A program made the translations under genes and the position numbers. From Gallionella sp. (GTDB lineage Bacteria > Pseudomonadota > Gammaproteobacteria > Burkholderiales > Gallionellaceae): 64,000 bases of DNA. Below, in pieces: positions 29,848 through 42,385 of this stretch; the first letter of the stretch is position 1; each line of letters starts with the position of its first letter. The notes under the pieces were generated by a model, which saw only the letters and a list, made by a program, of their open reading frames with translations, did not search any database and had not been told where the DNA came from. The DNA lies in contig JAUXOL010000016.1 of NCBI GenBank assembly GCA_030682375.1, forward strand, positions 18,577-82,576, read 5' to 3'.

Positions 29848-31167
29848 ATGAGTTCACGAGTTTCGTTGCGGGATATCCCCAAGACCAATATGTTCCGCAA
29901 GGGAGATGTCTTTGTGCTGTTTGGCGAGCTGTTCGGTCGAGGCTATGCCAACGGACTGATCGACGAAGCACGCAAGACGGGCATGACCATCGTCGGGATC
30001 ACCGTAGGTCGCCGCGACGAGAACAATGCCCTGCGACCGCTGACCGAAGAAGAGCTGGCTGTGGCCGAAGCCAATCTTGGCGGACGCATTATCAATGTTC
30101 CGCTGATGGCAGGATTCGATCTGGACGCGCCCGCCGGCGAGCCTACACCAACCGACATGCTCAGCGGCATGACGCTGAAGAGCTGGCAGGACGACAAGCT
30201 CGACTGGCCGCATATCGAGAAATGCCGCGAAGTGGGCGTGAAGCGCTTCAAGGACTCCGTGGCCGAAGTGATGGCCGAGCTGGACGGCATGATCCCGGAC
30301 GGCAGCAACGTGTTCTTCGCCCATACGATGGCGGGCGGCATTCCCAAGGTGAAGGTGTTCCTGGCGATCGCAAACCGCATTTACAAGGGACAGGGCGAGC
30401 GTTTCCTGTCTTCGCGCGCGCTGATCGACAGCGATCTGGGCAAACTGATCCTGATGAACTTCGACGAAGTCACCGCCAACACCTTCCAGTACCTGATCGA
30501 AGGCAGCGCCGCGATACGGGCGCGAGTGGAAAAGACCGGCGGACAGGTGCGCTATACAGCCTATGGTTATCACGGCACAGAGATACTGATCGACGGCCGT
30601 TACCAGTGGCAGACCTACACAAACTACACCCAGGGCCGTGCCAAGATGCGTCTCGAGCGCGTCGCCGAATCCGCCTGGGCCAACGGGATCAAGGCGACGG
30701 TATACAACTGCCCCGAGATCCGCACCAATTCCTCCGACATCTTCGTCGGTGTCGAACTCTCGCTGTTCCCGCTGCTGAACGCGCTGAAGAAGGAAGCCGG
30801 TGGCGCATGGGCCGAGTCCCAATGGCAGGCATGCCACGAGTTGCTGCAAGAAGGCTCCACGCTGGAAGGCCTGCTGCAGAAGATCGACGCCTACAACGCG
30901 AGCGACGTGATGACGGCGTTCCGGAATTACGAAGCCTGGCCGATGGACAACAGCCGTGAACTGGCCGACCTGATGATAGGCACCTCGGACGGGATCACCC
31001 AGATGCACAAGGATCGCAAAGCGCTGGTGACCGACCTGCTGAGCGCGCTGGTGCTGGAAGGAACCGGGCCGCTGATGTTCTACGAGACCTCGGCACCCGC
31101 AGCCCCGGTCATCTGGCTGAATCACGACATCATCGCCAAGCAGCTCGTCGAAATACACTGCAAGTAA
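29848..31167 (+). CDS. Probable FabMG-family enoyl-ACP reductase
   Basis: 439 aa; KGDVFVLFGELFGRGYANGL, HTMAGGIP, YTAYGYHGTE recalled as this family (not database-verified). Confidence 0.55.
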   Translation: MSSRVSLRDIPKTNMFRKGDVFVLFGELFGRGYANGLIDEARKTGMTIVGITVGRRDENNALRPLTEEELAVAEANLGGRIINVPLMAGFDLDAPAGEPTPTDMLSGMTLKSWQDDKLDWPHIEKCREVGVKRFKDSVAEVMAELDGMIPDGSNVFFAHTMAGGIPKVKVFLAIANRIYKGQGERFLSSRALIDSDLGKLILMNFDEVTANTFQYLIEGSAAIRARVEKTGGQVRYTAYGYHGTEILIDGRYQWQTYTNYTQGRAKMRLERVAESAWANGIKATVYNCPEIRTNSSDIFVGVELSLFPLLNALKKEAGGAWAESQWQACHELLQEGSTLEGLLQKIDAYNASDVMTAFRNYEAWPMDNSRELADLMIGTSDGITQMHKDRKALVTDLLSALVLEGTGPLMFYETSAPAAPVIWLNHDIIAKQLVEIHCK

Positions 31168-31201
31168 GGACGAAGTCTCCGGCAAATGCCGCGACATCGA
31201 C

Positions 31202-31233
31202 AAAAAGCCCACCGATCTCCGGTGGGCTTTTTT
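31202..31233. terminator. Bidirectional intrinsic terminator
   Basis: AAAAAGCCCACCG-ATCTC-CGGTGGGCTTTTTT between convergent genes. Confidence 0.85.
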
Positions 31234-31246
31234 ACGGCCTGAGAGG

Positions 31247-32053
31247 CTACTTCCCCAGCGCTTCCAGTTCCCGCTCGCTGAACCCAGCCGCGCGTCTCGC
31301 TTCCAAATTGAACGGTCCACGTTGCGGCGAGGCATGATGTTCGGCGGTGAGCCGGGCGTAGGTTGCGACAGGCTCCAGTCCGCGCTGATCGCAAAGGTAA
31401 TCGTACCAGCGGTTGCCTATCGCGACATGGCCGATCTCATCGCGCAGGATGATGTCCAGTATCGCGCCGACGGCGATATCTCCCGCCTGCACCAGCTTGG
31501 CGCGCAATCCCGGCGTGACATCCAGCCCGCGCGCCTCCATCGTCCGGGGCAGCAGCGCCATGCGCTCCAGCAAGTCGTGTTCGGTCTTGACTGCCATATC
31601 CCACAGACCGTTGTGCGCGGGGAAGTCGCCGTAGGCATAACCCAGTTCGTTCAGATGATCGGCCAGCAAGGTGAAATGCAGCGCCTCTTCGTCGGCAACC
31701 TGCAGCCAATCGGCGTAATACTGCCGCGGCATGCCGGGAAAACGCCAGATCGCGTCCAACGCGAGGTTGATCGCGTTGAATTCAATATGCACCAGCGCAT
31801 GGATCAAGGCCGCTCGTCCTTCCGGCGTGTTCATCGCGCGGCGCTTCACCTGCAGCGGCGACACCAGTTCGGGCTTTTTCGGGTGGCCGGGAATCGCCTG
31901 ATTCGCAGCCCATGCCGTCACGACATCCAGCTCGATCTCGTCCGCGATCCATGATTGCGCCAGAATGCGCACACCCAAGACTTTCCGCGGCGCATCGCAT
32001 TCCGCCAGCCAGTACAGCGCGGCCGATCTTAATTCCGGCGCCGTCCGTTCCAT
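31247..32053 (-). CDS. Ferritin-like DUF455 family protein
   Basis: HIEFNAINLALDA, EEALHF, EARGLD, DEIGHV; start at MERTAPE. Confidence 0.88.
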   Translation of the reverse strand: MERTAPELRSAALYWLAECDAPRKVLGVRILAQSWIADEIELDVVTAWAANQAIPGHPKKPELVSPLQVKRRAMNTPEGRAALIHALVHIEFNAINLALDAIWRFPGMPRQYYADWLQVADEEALHFTLLADHLNELGYAYGDFPAHNGLWDMAVKTEHDLLERMALLPRTMEARGLDVTPGLRAKLVQAGDIAVGAILDIILRDEIGHVAIGNRWYDYLCDQRGLEPVATYARLTAEHHASPQRGPFNLEARRAAGFSERELEALGK

Positions 32054-32055
32054 GC

Positions 32056-34053
32056 TTATTCCGCGACAGACTTGTTCAGCATCGCCTTCAGTCGCGCCAG
32101 CTTGTCCAGTCCCTCGTCCTTGGTCACGGTAGGCGCGGCTTCCGCATGGCCGCCGGCATAGACCAGCTCGCTTTCCGGCATCTCCTCCAGGAATCGGCTG
32201 GGCTCGCAGGCATTCCAGTCCTTGCCGCGACGGCGCCGGTTGCAATAGCTGATCTGCAGGCTGCGCTCCGCGCGGGTGACGCCGACGTACATCAGCCGGC
32301 GTTCCTCTTCGACGCCCTTTTCGTCGCTGTCGCGGAACGGCAGGATGTCTTCCTCCGCGCCAACGATGAACACATGCGGGAACTCCAGTCCCTTCGCGGC
32401 ATGCAGCGTGGACAGCGTGACCGCATCCTGTTCCTCGTTCTTGCCTTCTAGCATGTTGATCAGCGCGATGGTCTGCACCATGGCGATCAGGGATTTCTCG
32501 TCGGCTTCCGACTTGCGCTTCAGCCAGTCGATGAAGTCCGACACGTTCTTCCACTTGGTCTCTGCCTGCCTGGACTCGTGCGAATCGTACAGCCAGGTCT
32601 CGTAGTTGATCGCGCGCAGCAGTTCGTCCAGCAGCTCGCCGCAAGGGTCCTTATCGGCGCGATCCTCGATGCGATTGATGAAGTTACAGAACAGCATCAA
32701 GTCTTCGTACTGGCGCGGCGGCAACTCGTCGGCCATCGGCGACTCGAACGCCGCCTCGAACAGGCTGATCTTGCGCTTACCGGCATAGCTGCCCAGTTTC
32801 TCCAGCGTAGTGTTGCCGACGCCGCGTTTCGGCGTTGTGATCGCGCGGATGAAAGCCGGATCGTCGTCCGGGTTGGCGATCAGCCGCAGGTAGGAGGTGA
32901 TGTCCTTGATCTCCGCCTTATCGAAGAACGAGGTGCCACCGCTGACGGTGTAAGGCACGCGCTGGGCGCGCAACTGCTCCTCGAACGCGCGCGCCAGATA
33001 ATTGCTGCGATACAGGATCGCGTAATCGGCGAAGCGCGTTTGGTGTTCGAACTTGTGCGCCATCAGTTTCATCACCACGCTCTCGGCCTCGTGCTCGTCG
33101 TCGCGTGCCGCGTAGATGCGGATAGGGTCGCCGATGCCGTGCTCGCTCCACAGCTTCTTCTCGAACACCTTGGTGTTGTGGTTGATCAGGTGATTGGCCA
33201 CCTTGAGGATGCGCTGCGACGAACGATAGTTCTGCTCCAGCTTGATCACGCGCAAGTTGGGATAGTCGTTGCGCAGGTTGTGCAGATTCTCCACGCTGGC
33301 CCCCCGCCAGGCATAGATCGCCTGGTCGTCGTCGCCCACCGCGGTGAACGCCTCGCGCTTGCCGGCCAGCAGCCGGGTCAGCTGATACTGACAGTCGTTG
33401 GTATCCTGGTATTCGTCGATCAGCAGATAATGCAGCCGGTGCTGCCAGCGTTCAAGCGCTTCCTCATGTTCTCGGAACAGCACCACCGGCAAGTGGATCA
33501 GGTCGTCGAAATCCACCGCCTGGTAGGCGCGCAGCGTCTCCTGATAGCGCGCATAGATACGCGCCTGCACCTTGGCGACATCGTCCTCCACCTGTGCGCC
33601 CGCCTGCTCCGGCGAAACGAAGGCCGACTTCCAGTTCGATATCTGCGTCTGCAGGTCGCGTATCTCCTGCTTGTCGCCCGCGTTGGTCAGCTCGCTCAAT
33701 ATCTTCCAGCTGTCGCTGGAATCGAAGATCGAAAACTGCGGCTTGTAGCCCAGCAACCCCGCCTCGGCGCGCAGGATGTTCATCCCCAGCGAATGGAAGG
33801 TACTGACCACCAGCCCCTTGGCGCTGCCGCCCGGCAGCAGCGTGGCGACGCGCTCGCGCATCTCGTTGGCGGCCTTGTTGGTGAAGGTGATCGCCGCGAT
33901 ATTGCGCGCCGCATAGCCGCACTCCTCGACCAGATAGGCGATCTTGTGAGTGATCACGCGCGTCTTGCCGCTGCCTGCACCGGCCAGCACCAACAGGGGG
34001 CCACCAAGATAGGACGCGGCATCGCGCTGGACTTCATTGAGCTTGCTTAACAT
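32056..34053 (-). CDS. rep: ATP-dependent DNA helicase Rep
   Basis: LAGAGSGKTRVIT, DEYQDTN, LEQNYRS, EERRLMYVGVTRA; RQYEDL 2B segment. Confidence 0.92.
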   Translation of the reverse strand: MLSKLNEVQRDAASYLGGPLLVLAGAGSGKTRVITHKIAYLVEECGYAARNIAAITFTNKAANEMRERVATLLPGGSAKGLVVSTFHSLGMNILRAEAGLLGYKPQFSIFDSSDSWKILSELTNAGDKQEIRDLQTQISNWKSAFVSPEQAGAQVEDDVAKVQARIYARYQETLRAYQAVDFDDLIHLPVVLFREHEEALERWQHRLHYLLIDEYQDTNDCQYQLTRLLAGKREAFTAVGDDDQAIYAWRGASVENLHNLRNDYPNLRVIKLEQNYRSSQRILKVANHLINHNTKVFEKKLWSEHGIGDPIRIYAARDDEHEAESVVMKLMAHKFEHQTRFADYAILYRSNYLARAFEEQLRAQRVPYTVSGGTSFFDKAEIKDITSYLRLIANPDDDPAFIRAITTPKRGVGNTTLEKLGSYAGKRKISLFEAAFESPMADELPPRQYEDLMLFCNFINRIEDRADKDPCGELLDELLRAINYETWLYDSHESRQAETKWKNVSDFIDWLKRKSEADEKSLIAMVQTIALINMLEGKNEEQDAVTLSTLHAAKGLEFPHVFIVGAEEDILPFRDSDEKGVEEERRLMYVGVTRAERSLQISYCNRRRRGKDWNACEPSRFLEEMPESELVYAGGHAEAAPTVTKDEGLDKLARLKAMLNKSVAE

Positions 34054-34128
34054 GGGGGACTGCTGAAGTGTTGCCGGAAAGGCTGCCATGATACCAAAGG
34101 GAGGCCTCGAAATATCCGAAACGAGTGC

Positions 34129-34155
34129 TAAATTTCCACCGGCAGCGGCCGATAC
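34129..34155 (+). promoter_or_regulatory. Putative sigma28 (FliA) promoter
   Basis: TAAA-N15-GCCGATAC, one mismatch from consensus. Confidence 0.75.
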
Positions 34156-34208
34156 ATCTATCAAGAGCGGCGCATTTCGCGGCTCTCACCAGGCAACAGG
34201 AGGGCATC

Positions 34209-34418
34209 ATGAGCGTACTGACGATGGATATGAGCAGCTATGAGGTCGAACGCTGCGAGACTGCGGTTTCCGGGTATGGCGACGAAGTCATGAACGTCGG
34301 CTGGGTTCCCGCATTGGGATTGCGCGAAGTGGGCGCAGAACATGTGGAGATGCCGTCCGTACCGAGAATCATGGATGTGGATCTCTTCCTGCGCAAGATG
34401 TACCGCTTTCAGCGTTAA
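34209..34418 (+). CDS. Small hypothetical protein (69 aa)
   Basis: MSVLTMDMSSYEVE...DLFLRKMYRFQR; AGGAGG SD and a sigma28-like promoter. Confidence 0.7.
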   Translation: MSVLTMDMSSYEVERCETAVSGYGDEVMNVGWVPALGLREVGAEHVEMPSVPRIMDVDLFLRKMYRFQR

Positions 34419-35281
34419 GCCGAGACCCTGACCTCCAGCCCGAACCCGCGGATGCGATTGGCGAAACGCTGCATCGCATCTTCCGGCAGATTGGACAGGC
34501 GCGTGGCCTCAGGTTGCAGTGAGGGGCGCGCCAAACCATACAGCAACACCCCCTGCAACTTGTGCCCCTCGCGCAGCAGCGTTTCGATGAATTTCAGATA
34601 ATCTTCTTCGTCCTGCCCGGTCGGCGGGATGCCGTCCAGTGCGAACCAGCAGGTTTGCAGCCAAGTCGGACAGGCCTCGATTGCAGCGATCAAGTTGGCG
34701 CGCACCTTATCCAGACTGCTGCGGGTGTCGTTGACCCGTTGCATTCCCGCCTCGCTAGCGCGATCCAGCTTGAACCACACTTCGCCGTTGATGTTCGCCA
34801 ATTCGCGCAGACCGCACCGGACATCGTCGCGGTACAGCAGGCTGCCGTTGGTGATCAGTACGGTCTTAACTTCCTTTGGTAAATCTGTTTCGCGACGCAC
34901 GCGGGCGATCAGTTCGACGACCCCGGCGAACTCCGCGGCGCTGGTCGGTTCGCCGTTGCCGGACAGAGCGATGTCGTTGATGCGGCGCGCGCCTTCCGGC
35001 ACCCGTGCTTGCATGAAGTCGCCATGAAGCAGCTCGTGCAGGAAACCGCGCAACTCGCTTTCCAGCAGCGCCAGATCGACCGGCGGTGCAGTGCCGCGCA
35101 TCAGATCCGGCACCTGGCAATAGAGGCAACGCCAGTTGCAGGCACTGTTGGTGTTCAGGTTGATGCCGACAGAGACACCGCCGGCACGGCGTGAGACGAC
35201 CGGATAGACGTAGCGCAAATTCGCGCTGTCGCGGTCATGGTCGGTGGTGCTGAGTTTCGTATCGTTCAAGGAAGCCCCCAA
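34415..35281 (-). CDS. Radical SAM protein (start uncertain)
   Basis: CNWRCLYC (CxxxCxxC), SGNGEPT, TNGS. Confidence 0.9.
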   Translation of the reverse strand: MGASLNDTKLSTTDHDRDSANLRYVYPVVSRRAGGVSVGINLNTNSACNWRCLYCQVPDLMRGTAPPVDLALLESELRGFLHELLHGDFMQARVPEGARRINDIALSGNGEPTSAAEFAGVVELIARVRRETDLPKEVKTVLITNGSLLYRDDVRCGLRELANINGEVWFKLDRASEAGMQRVNDTRSSLDKVRANLIAAIEACPTWLQTCWFALDGIPPTGQDEEDYLKFIETLLREGHKLQGVLLYGLARPSLQPEATRLSNLPEDAMQRFANRIRGFGLEVRVSA

Positions 35282-35286
35282 AATTC

Positions 35287-35309
35287 ACAGGGGCACGGCG
35301 CGCCGTGCC
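35287..35309. repeat. REP-like hairpin, GGGC-stem variant
   Basis: ACAG-GGGCACGG-CGCG-CCGTGCC, same layout as the GTAG-GGGC REPs near the RAYT. Confidence 0.4.
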
Positions 35310-35337
35310 GATGCCGGAACAAATGTCTTTCGTGCCT

Positions 35338-36246
35338 TTATTTGAGGGAGAGGTATTTCGCCGGATCGACCGGCTTGCCGAAGCGGCGCACCTCGAAATG
35401 CAGCTTGACCTGATCCGCATCGGTGTTGCCCATCTCGGCGATCTTCTGGCCGCGCGTGACGCTCTGCCCTTCCTTGACCAGCACCTTGTCGTTGTGGGCA
35501 TAGGCACTGAGGAAAGTGTCGTTGTGCTTGATGATGACCAGCTTGCCGTAACCGCGCAGGCCGCTGCCGCTGTAAACCACTTTGCCGGGTGCGCTGGCGC
35601 TGACCGGCTGGCCCAGCTTGCCGGCGATGTCGATTCCCTTGCGATTGGCCGCTTCCGAGAATCCGGCGATCACCTTGCCTTGCGTCGGCTGGCTCCACTC
35701 GATATCGGCATCTGGCTCGACTTCGGCGCTGCCTTCGACGGGCTTGGCCGCAGCTTGCGGTTTGGGCTCGACCTTGGCAGGAGCGGCTAGCGGTTTCTCC
35801 GACTTGGCCGGCTGACTGAGCTTGGCGAGGGCGGTATCGTTATAAGCGTACTTCACCAGCTTGGGCTCGTCCTTGATCGCAGGCTCGGACGGCTTGCCCT
35901 CCACAGCGGGAACGGCGCGGGCTGCCGCGCCGGGGAACAGACGCAGCTGTTGTCCTATCGAGATCACGTTCGGATCGGCGATGGCATTCAGTTCGGCCAG
36001 CTCGTGATAATCGAAACCGTAATTAAAGGCGATGCTGTACAGCGTCTCGCCCTTCTGCACGACATGCACCTGCGGGCGCCAGTCCTTCTCGCGCGGCGCT
36101 TTCTTGCGCGCAGCCTCTGCAGCGACCGCGGCCTTCGAGGCTGCGCCGCTGCGCTCCTGCACCGGCGCGCGCTGCTTGCTCGATGCACAACCGGCCAAGA
36201 TGACCGCCGCAACCAGCAAGACAAATATACGGATCACTCTGCTCAT
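35338..36246 (-). CDS. nlpD: LysM/M23 lipoprotein NlpD
   Basis: Lipobox LAGC, LysM VQKGETLYSIA, YAHN and LHFE; surE-pcm-nlpD order. Confidence 0.92.
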   Translation of the reverse strand: MSRVIRIFVLLVAAVILAGCASSKQRAPVQERSGAASKAAVAAEAARKKAPREKDWRPQVHVVQKGETLYSIAFNYGFDYHELAELNAIADPNVISIGQQLRLFPGAAARAVPAVEGKPSEPAIKDEPKLVKYAYNDTALAKLSQPAKSEKPLAAPAKVEPKPQAAAKPVEGSAEVEPDADIEWSQPTQGKVIAGFSEAANRKGIDIAGKLGQPVSASAPGKVVYSGSGLRGYGKLVIIKHNDTFLSAYAHNDKVLVKEGQSVTRGQKIAEMGNTDADQVKLHFEVRRFGKPVDPAKYLSLK

Positions 36247-36265
36247 GCTTTTCCCATCAACCCGA

Positions 36266-36922
36266 TTATGCTTTTCCCATTAACAATGGCACGAACTTCA
36301 CCGGTTCCAACCTGGTCTCGCGGAAACCGCGCTCGTCGCGTTCGACCAAATACAGCCATTGTTCCTGCATTCCGACCGGGATCACCATTCTACCGCCGAC
36401 CGCCAGCTGTTCGCGCAAAGTAGCGGACAATGCCGGTGCGGCGCAAGCCATGATGATGCCGTCGAACGGACCGAGTTCCGGCAAGCCGGCGGTGCCGTCG
36501 GCATAGCGTACGCTGACGTTGCGCAGCTTCAGGTCGCGCAGCTGCTTCCTGGCTCGTTCGTACAGCGGCTGGATGCGCTCGACGGTATAGACCTCCTTCG
36601 CCACCGGCGCCAGCACCGCCGCCTGGTAACCGCAGCCGGTGCCGACCTCCAGCACGCGGCTGAGCTGCTTGCCGTTGCGCATGATCTCGATCATGCGCGC
36701 GACGATATAAGGCTGGGAGATGGTCTGGTTGTAATTGATCGGCAGCGACACATCGTCGTAGGCGCGACTCGCCAGCGCCTCGTCGATGAACAGGTGACGC
36801 GGCGTCTCGAACATCGCCGCCAGCACGACCTCGTCCTTGACCCCCTGCTCGCGCAAGCGCTCGATCATGCGCATCCGGGTGCGTTGCGAGGTCATACCGA
36901 TGCCGTTGATCCTCGCGCTCAT
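36266..36922 (-). CDS. pcm: Protein-L-isoaspartate O-methyltransferase
   Basis: [24 protein letters not shown]. Confidence 0.96.
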   Translation of the reverse strand: MSARINGIGMTSQRTRMRMIERLREQGVKDEVVLAAMFETPRHLFIDEALASRAYDDVSLPINYNQTISQPYIVARMIEIMRNGKQLSRVLEVGTGCGYQAAVLAPVAKEVYTVERIQPLYERARKQLRDLKLRNVSVRYADGTAGLPELGPFDGIIMACAAPALSATLREQLAVGGRMVIPVGMQEQWLYLVERDERGFRETRLEPVKFVPLLMGKA

Positions 36923-37665
36923 CGCTGCCCCATCCAGTCGCGCACCGCGTCCAGCTGACCGTATTGCGTCAGGTCGATCTGCAGCGGCGTTATCGATGCG
37001 CGTTGCTGCGCCAGCGCGTTGAAATCCGTACCCTCGCCTGCATCCTGCGCCTTGCCCGCCGCGCCCACCCAGTACACGGTCTCACCGTGCGGGTTGCTGG
37101 CCTTGATCACCGGCTCGGCCTTGTGACGCTTGCCCAGGCGGGTCACTTCGATACCCTGCAGGTCTTCGTACGCCACATCCGGCACGTTGACGTTCAACAG
37201 CCAGGGATGGCTATGCGTCTGCGCAGCAAAGCGCTGCACCAGCCCGGTCGCGACCCGCGCCGCAGTCTCATAATGGACGAGTTCCTTGCCGACCAGCGAA
37301 ACGGCAATGGAGGGAATACCGAGCAGGAATCCCTCAGTCGCCGCCGCCACCGTGCCGGAATAGATCGTGTCGTCGCCCATATTCGCCCCGGCATTGATGC
37401 CGGAAACCACCATGTCAGGCTGGTATTCCAGCATGCCGGTGACGGCCAGATGCACGCAATCGGTCGGCGTGCCGTTGACGTAGTAGAAGCCGTTGGGACT
37501 CTTGCGCAGCTTGAGCGGGCGATCCAGCGTCAGCGAATTGGAAGCGCCCGAACGGTCGCGCTCGGGGGCGACTACGACGACTTCTGCGACATAGGAAAGA
37601 TGTTCGGCCAGACAAGCCAGGCCGGGTGCGAAATAACCGTCGTCATTGCTGATCAGGATGCGCAT
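36919..37665 (-). CDS. surE: 5'/3'-nucleotidase SurE
   Basis: [28 protein letters not shown]. Confidence 0.97.
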   Translation of the reverse strand: MRILISNDDGYFAPGLACLAEHLSYVAEVVVVAPERDRSGASNSLTLDRPLKLRKSPNGFYYVNGTPTDCVHLAVTGMLEYQPDMVVSGINAGANMGDDTIYSGTVAAATEGFLLGIPSIAVSLVGKELVHYETAARVATGLVQRFAAQTHSHPWLLNVNVPDVAYEDLQGIEVTRLGKRHKAEPVIKASNPHGETVYWVGAAGKAQDAGEGTDFNALAQQRASITPLQIDLTQYGQLDAVRDWMGQR

Positions 37666-37738
37666 CGGCTGGTGAGAGGCATTCGGAAATGCAGGGAAAG
37701 TTGAGATTGTGTCCGGAATTTAATCTGGGATTTTTATC

Positions 37739-37816
<78 letters not shown>

Positions 37817-37857
37817 GGGCGCGGATTATAGCAGAGCGGCGCGAATGAGCCAGCGTT

Positions 37858-38256
37858 TTATGCTCCCAGCAGCGAGATGATGTCGCGTATTTCGCGGCGC
37901 ACCGCGGCGAGATCGACATTCGCATATGCGGCGGATACGGCCGATGTAGCGGAGACGGCAGACGCGGAATCGTCGACTGCTCCGTGCGCCTGATTCTCCA
38001 GGCGATTGCGCGCACCGCTGATCGTGAATCCCTGTTCGTACAGCAGCTCGCGGATGCGGCGTATCAGCAGCACCTCGTGGTGCTGGTAATAGCGGCGGTT
38101 GCCGCTGCGCTTGACCGGCTTGAGCTGGGTGAACTCCTGCTCCCAGTAGCGAAGCACATGCGCCTTGACCCCGCACAACTCACTGACTTCGCCGATGGTG
38201 AAGTAGCGTTTGGCCGGGATCGGCGGGAGCTCGGAATTAGGCTTGTGGGGTTCCAT
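37858..38256 (-). CDS. MerR-family regulator downstream of ihfA
   Basis: [27 protein letters not shown]. Confidence 0.92.
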   Translation of the reverse strand: MEPHKPNSELPPIPAKRYFTIGEVSELCGVKAHVLRYWEQEFTQLKPVKRSGNRRYYQHHEVLLIRRIRELLYEQGFTISGARNRLENQAHGAVDDSASAVSATSAVSAAYANVDLAAVRREIRDIISLLGA

Positions 38257-38548
38257 GATAGGACTTTTCCACCATGGTCTTCAGCTTCTGGCTGGGATGA
38301 AAGGTCACGACGCGACGCGCGGTGATCGGAATTTCTTCACCGGTCTTGGGATTGCGGCCCGGACGCTGCGGCTTGTCGCGCAGCTGGAAATTGCCGAAGC
38401 CGGAAAGCTTCACGCTCTCGCCCCTTTCGAGCTGGGAACGGATCTCCTCGAAGAATGCCTCCACCATATCCTTGGCCTCGCGCTTATTGAGCCCAACCTT
38501 GTCAAACAGCAAATCGGCCAGTTCGGCCTTGGTCAACGTCGAAATCAT
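38237..38548 (-). CDS. ihfA: Integration host factor alpha
   Basis: [39 protein letters not shown]. Confidence 0.97.
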   Translation of the reverse strand: MISTLTKAELADLLFDKVGLNKREAKDMVEAFFEEIRSQLERGESVKLSGFGNFQLRDKPQRPGRNPKTGEEIPITARRVVTFHPSQKLKTMVEKSYHGTPQA

Positions 38549-38556
38549 TTTCTCCC

Positions 38557-40914
38557 CTACATGCGCAGCTGCGCACCATTCTGTTGCAACGCCGCTACCA
38601 GCAACGCGACGCTTGGCTCGATTTCCGAGTCCGTAAGTGTTTTTTGAGTATCTTGTAACAACACACGGAATGCAAGGCTTTTTTTGCCTTGCTCCACACC
38701 CTTGCCGCGATATACATCGAACAATCCGATATCGGCAACGTAAGGGGCGGAAGCACCCTGCATCGCATCCAGCAAGGTCTGTGCATCTATCGACTCGTCC
38801 ACCAGCACCGCCACGTCGCGACGCACCGGCGGGAAGCGGGAGATGTCCTTCGCCCTGGTCACATGCGACTGCATCAACGCCGGCAGCTCGACTTCGAACC
38901 AGACCACCGCCTGCGGCAAACCGTATTGCTGCTGCCATTGCGGATGCATCTCGCCTATCCAGCCGATTGCGCACCCGTCCACCAGGATGCGCGCCGAACG
39001 TCCGGGATGCGACGCCGGATGAGCTGCCGCCTGGATGCTCAGCGCACGCGGTGCGAACAGCGCCTCGACGTCGCCCTTGACGTCGTAGAAGTCCACGCTG
39101 CGCGCCGAGACGCCCCATTGTTCGGGCTGGACATCGCCATAGGCCAATCCGGCCAGACGCTCGTGCTGCATATAGCTTCCGGCCTCGGCAGCGAAACAGC
39201 CGCCGATTTCGAACAAACGCACGCGCGGCTGCTTGCGCGCCAGATTGGAACGCAACGCGCCGACCAGCCCGCCCAGCAGGCTGCTGCGCATCACACTCAT
39301 CTGACTGGCGATGGGATTCTTCAGCGCGACGGGCGCGCTATTGCCGCACAAGTCTCGTTCCCACTCGGCCTCGACGAACGCATAGTTGATCGCTTCCTGA
39401 TAGTCGCGCGACACCATCGTTTGGCGCAGCTTCGCCAGCGGACGCTCGGCCTCGACCCGCGGCAGGATGCTCATGCGCGCCTGGGTCTGCACTGCCGGGA
39501 TGTGCTCGTAGCCATGTACGCGCGCGATCTCCTCGACCAGATCTTCTTCGATCGCGATATCGAAACGATAGCTGGGCGGCATCACCGAGAACTCGTCACC
39601 CTGACGCTGGAAGGCCATGCCGAGACGCGACAGGATAGACGCGATCGCATCCGACTCCAGTGCGATGCCGAGCACGCGATGCACGCGCGACGTGCGCAGC
39701 TTCACCGAATGACGCGCAGGCAGCTCGCCCTGCGCTTTGGTCACCGCACCGGCCTGTCCGCCGCAGATGTCCAGTATCAATTGGGTCGCCCGGTCCAGCG
39801 CCACTTGCGTGGCAGCGAAGTCCACTCCGCGCTCGAACCGGTAGGACGAGTCCGATCCGAAGCCGATACGGCGCGACTTGCCGACGATCACGCTCGGCGC
39901 GAAGAACGCGCTCTCGAGAAAGATGTCGGTGGTCGCATCGTCGACCGCGCTGTCAGCACCGCCCATCACACCGGCCAGCGCAACCGGCCCCTTGCCGTCG
40001 GCGATCACCAGCATGTCGTCCTGCAGCTCCACCGTCTGCTCGTTCAACAGCTTCAGGCTCTCTCCGGCACGGGCGAAACGCACTTCGATATCGCCATTGA
40101 GCTTGTTCAGGTCGAAGGCGTGCAGCGGCTGCCCCAGTTCCAGCAGCACATAGTTGGTCACGTCGACCAGCGCGCTGATGCTGCGCAGGCCGCTGCGTTC
40201 CAGACGCTTGACCATCCAGGCCGGCGTCGCCGCCTTCGCGTTCACGCCGGAAATCTCGCGACCGATGTAACGCGGACAGGCCGCGGCAGCGCTGACCTTG
40301 ACCTTGCGGCCCTGGCTGCCTGTCTGGCTGAAAGAGCCCGCGGGCACCGCTTGCATCGCGGTGCCGGTCAGCGCGGCCACTTCGCGCGCAATGCCTTGCA
40401 GCGAAAGGCAATCGCTACGGTTCGGCGTGAGCTTGAGCGTGATCAGATGATCGTCCAGATCGAGGTGCTCGCGTATGCTCTGGCCCACCACCGCATCGGC
40501 AGCGAGCACCATCAAACCGTCGCTCTCTTCTGCCAGACCGAGTTCCTTGTCGGAACACATCATGCCGAAGGACGCGACACCGCGCACCTTGGCCTGCTTG
40601 ATGCTGAAGTCGCCAGGCAGCTTAGCGCCGACCAGCGCACAGGGGGCCTTCATGCCTACGGCCACATTGCCTGCGCCGCACACGATGGTCAGCGGCTCCG
40701 CCTGCCCAACGTTCACCGTCAGCACATTCAGCCTGTCCGCATCGGGATGCTTATCTTTAGTCAGCACCTCGGCCACGACGACCTTCTCGAAGACGGGAGC
40801 GACCGGAGTCATCTCCTCGACTTCCAGTCCGGCCATGGTCAACAGATGCGACAACTCCTCACTGGTGAGCGATGGATTGACGAGGGTGCGCAACCAGGAT
40901 TCGGAAAATTGCAT
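38557..40914 (-). CDS. pheT: Phenylalanine-tRNA ligase beta subunit
   Basis: [36 protein letters not shown]. Confidence 0.98.
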   Translation of the reverse strand: MQFSESWLRTLVNPSLTSEELSHLLTMAGLEVEEMTPVAPVFEKVVVAEVLTKDKHPDADRLNVLTVNVGQAEPLTIVCGAGNVAVGMKAPCALVGAKLPGDFSIKQAKVRGVASFGMMCSDKELGLAEESDGLMVLAADAVVGQSIREHLDLDDHLITLKLTPNRSDCLSLQGIAREVAALTGTAMQAVPAGSFSQTGSQGRKVKVSAAAACPRYIGREISGVNAKAATPAWMVKRLERSGLRSISALVDVTNYVLLELGQPLHAFDLNKLNGDIEVRFARAGESLKLLNEQTVELQDDMLVIADGKGPVALAGVMGGADSAVDDATTDIFLESAFFAPSVIVGKSRRIGFGSDSSYRFERGVDFAATQVALDRATQLILDICGGQAGAVTKAQGELPARHSVKLRTSRVHRVLGIALESDAIASILSRLGMAFQRQGDEFSVMPPSYRFDIAIEEDLVEEIARVHGYEHIPAVQTQARMSILPRVEAERPLAKLRQTMVSRDYQEAINYAFVEAEWERDLCGNSAPVALKNPIASQMSVMRSSLLGGLVGALRSNLARKQPRVRLFEIGGCFAAEAGSYMQHERLAGLAYGDVQPEQWGVSARSVDFYDVKGDVEALFAPRALSIQAAAHPASHPGRSARILVDGCAIGWIGEMHPQWQQQYGLPQAVVWFEVELPALMQSHVTRAKDISRFPPVRRDVAVLVDESIDAQTLLDAMQGASAPYVADIGLFDVYRGKGVEQGKKSLAFRVLLQDTQKTLTDSEIEPSVALLVAALQQNGAQLRM

Positions 40915-40915
40915 A

Positions 40916-42004
<1,089 letters not shown>

Positions 42005-42015
42005 TTAGCTTGCGC

Positions 42016-42375
42016 TTAAACGCCGAGGCTGGCTTTAGCTTGCACCACGAATTGTGCAAAGGCCGCCTTGTCGAATACGGCGATGTCTGCCAGTACCTTG
42101 CGGTCGACATCGATAGCCGCCTTCTTCAGGCCGTTCATGAATACGCTGTAGGTCATGCCCTGCTCGCGAGCCGCCGCATTGATACGGGCGATCCACAGTG
42201 TACGGAACTGACGCTTCTTCTGGCGACGGTCACGGTAGGCATACTGGCCTGCCTTCATCACCGCCTGCTTGGCGATGCGATAGACGTTCTTGCGACGACC
42301 GCGGTAACCCTTGGCCAGAGCCAGAACCTTCTTATGACTTGCGCGCGCTACTACACCACGTTTTACTCTTGGCAT
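42016..42375 (-). CDS. rplT: 50S ribosomal protein L20
   Basis: MPRVKRGV...[11 protein letters not shown]. Confidence 0.99.
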   Translation of the reverse strand: MPRVKRGVVARASHKKVLALAKGYRGRRKNVYRIAKQAVMKAGQYAYRDRRQKKRQFRTLWIARINAAAREQGMTYSVFMNGLKKAAIDVDRKVLADIAVFDKAAFAQFVVQAKASLGV

Positions 42376-42385
42376 GTTCTACTCC

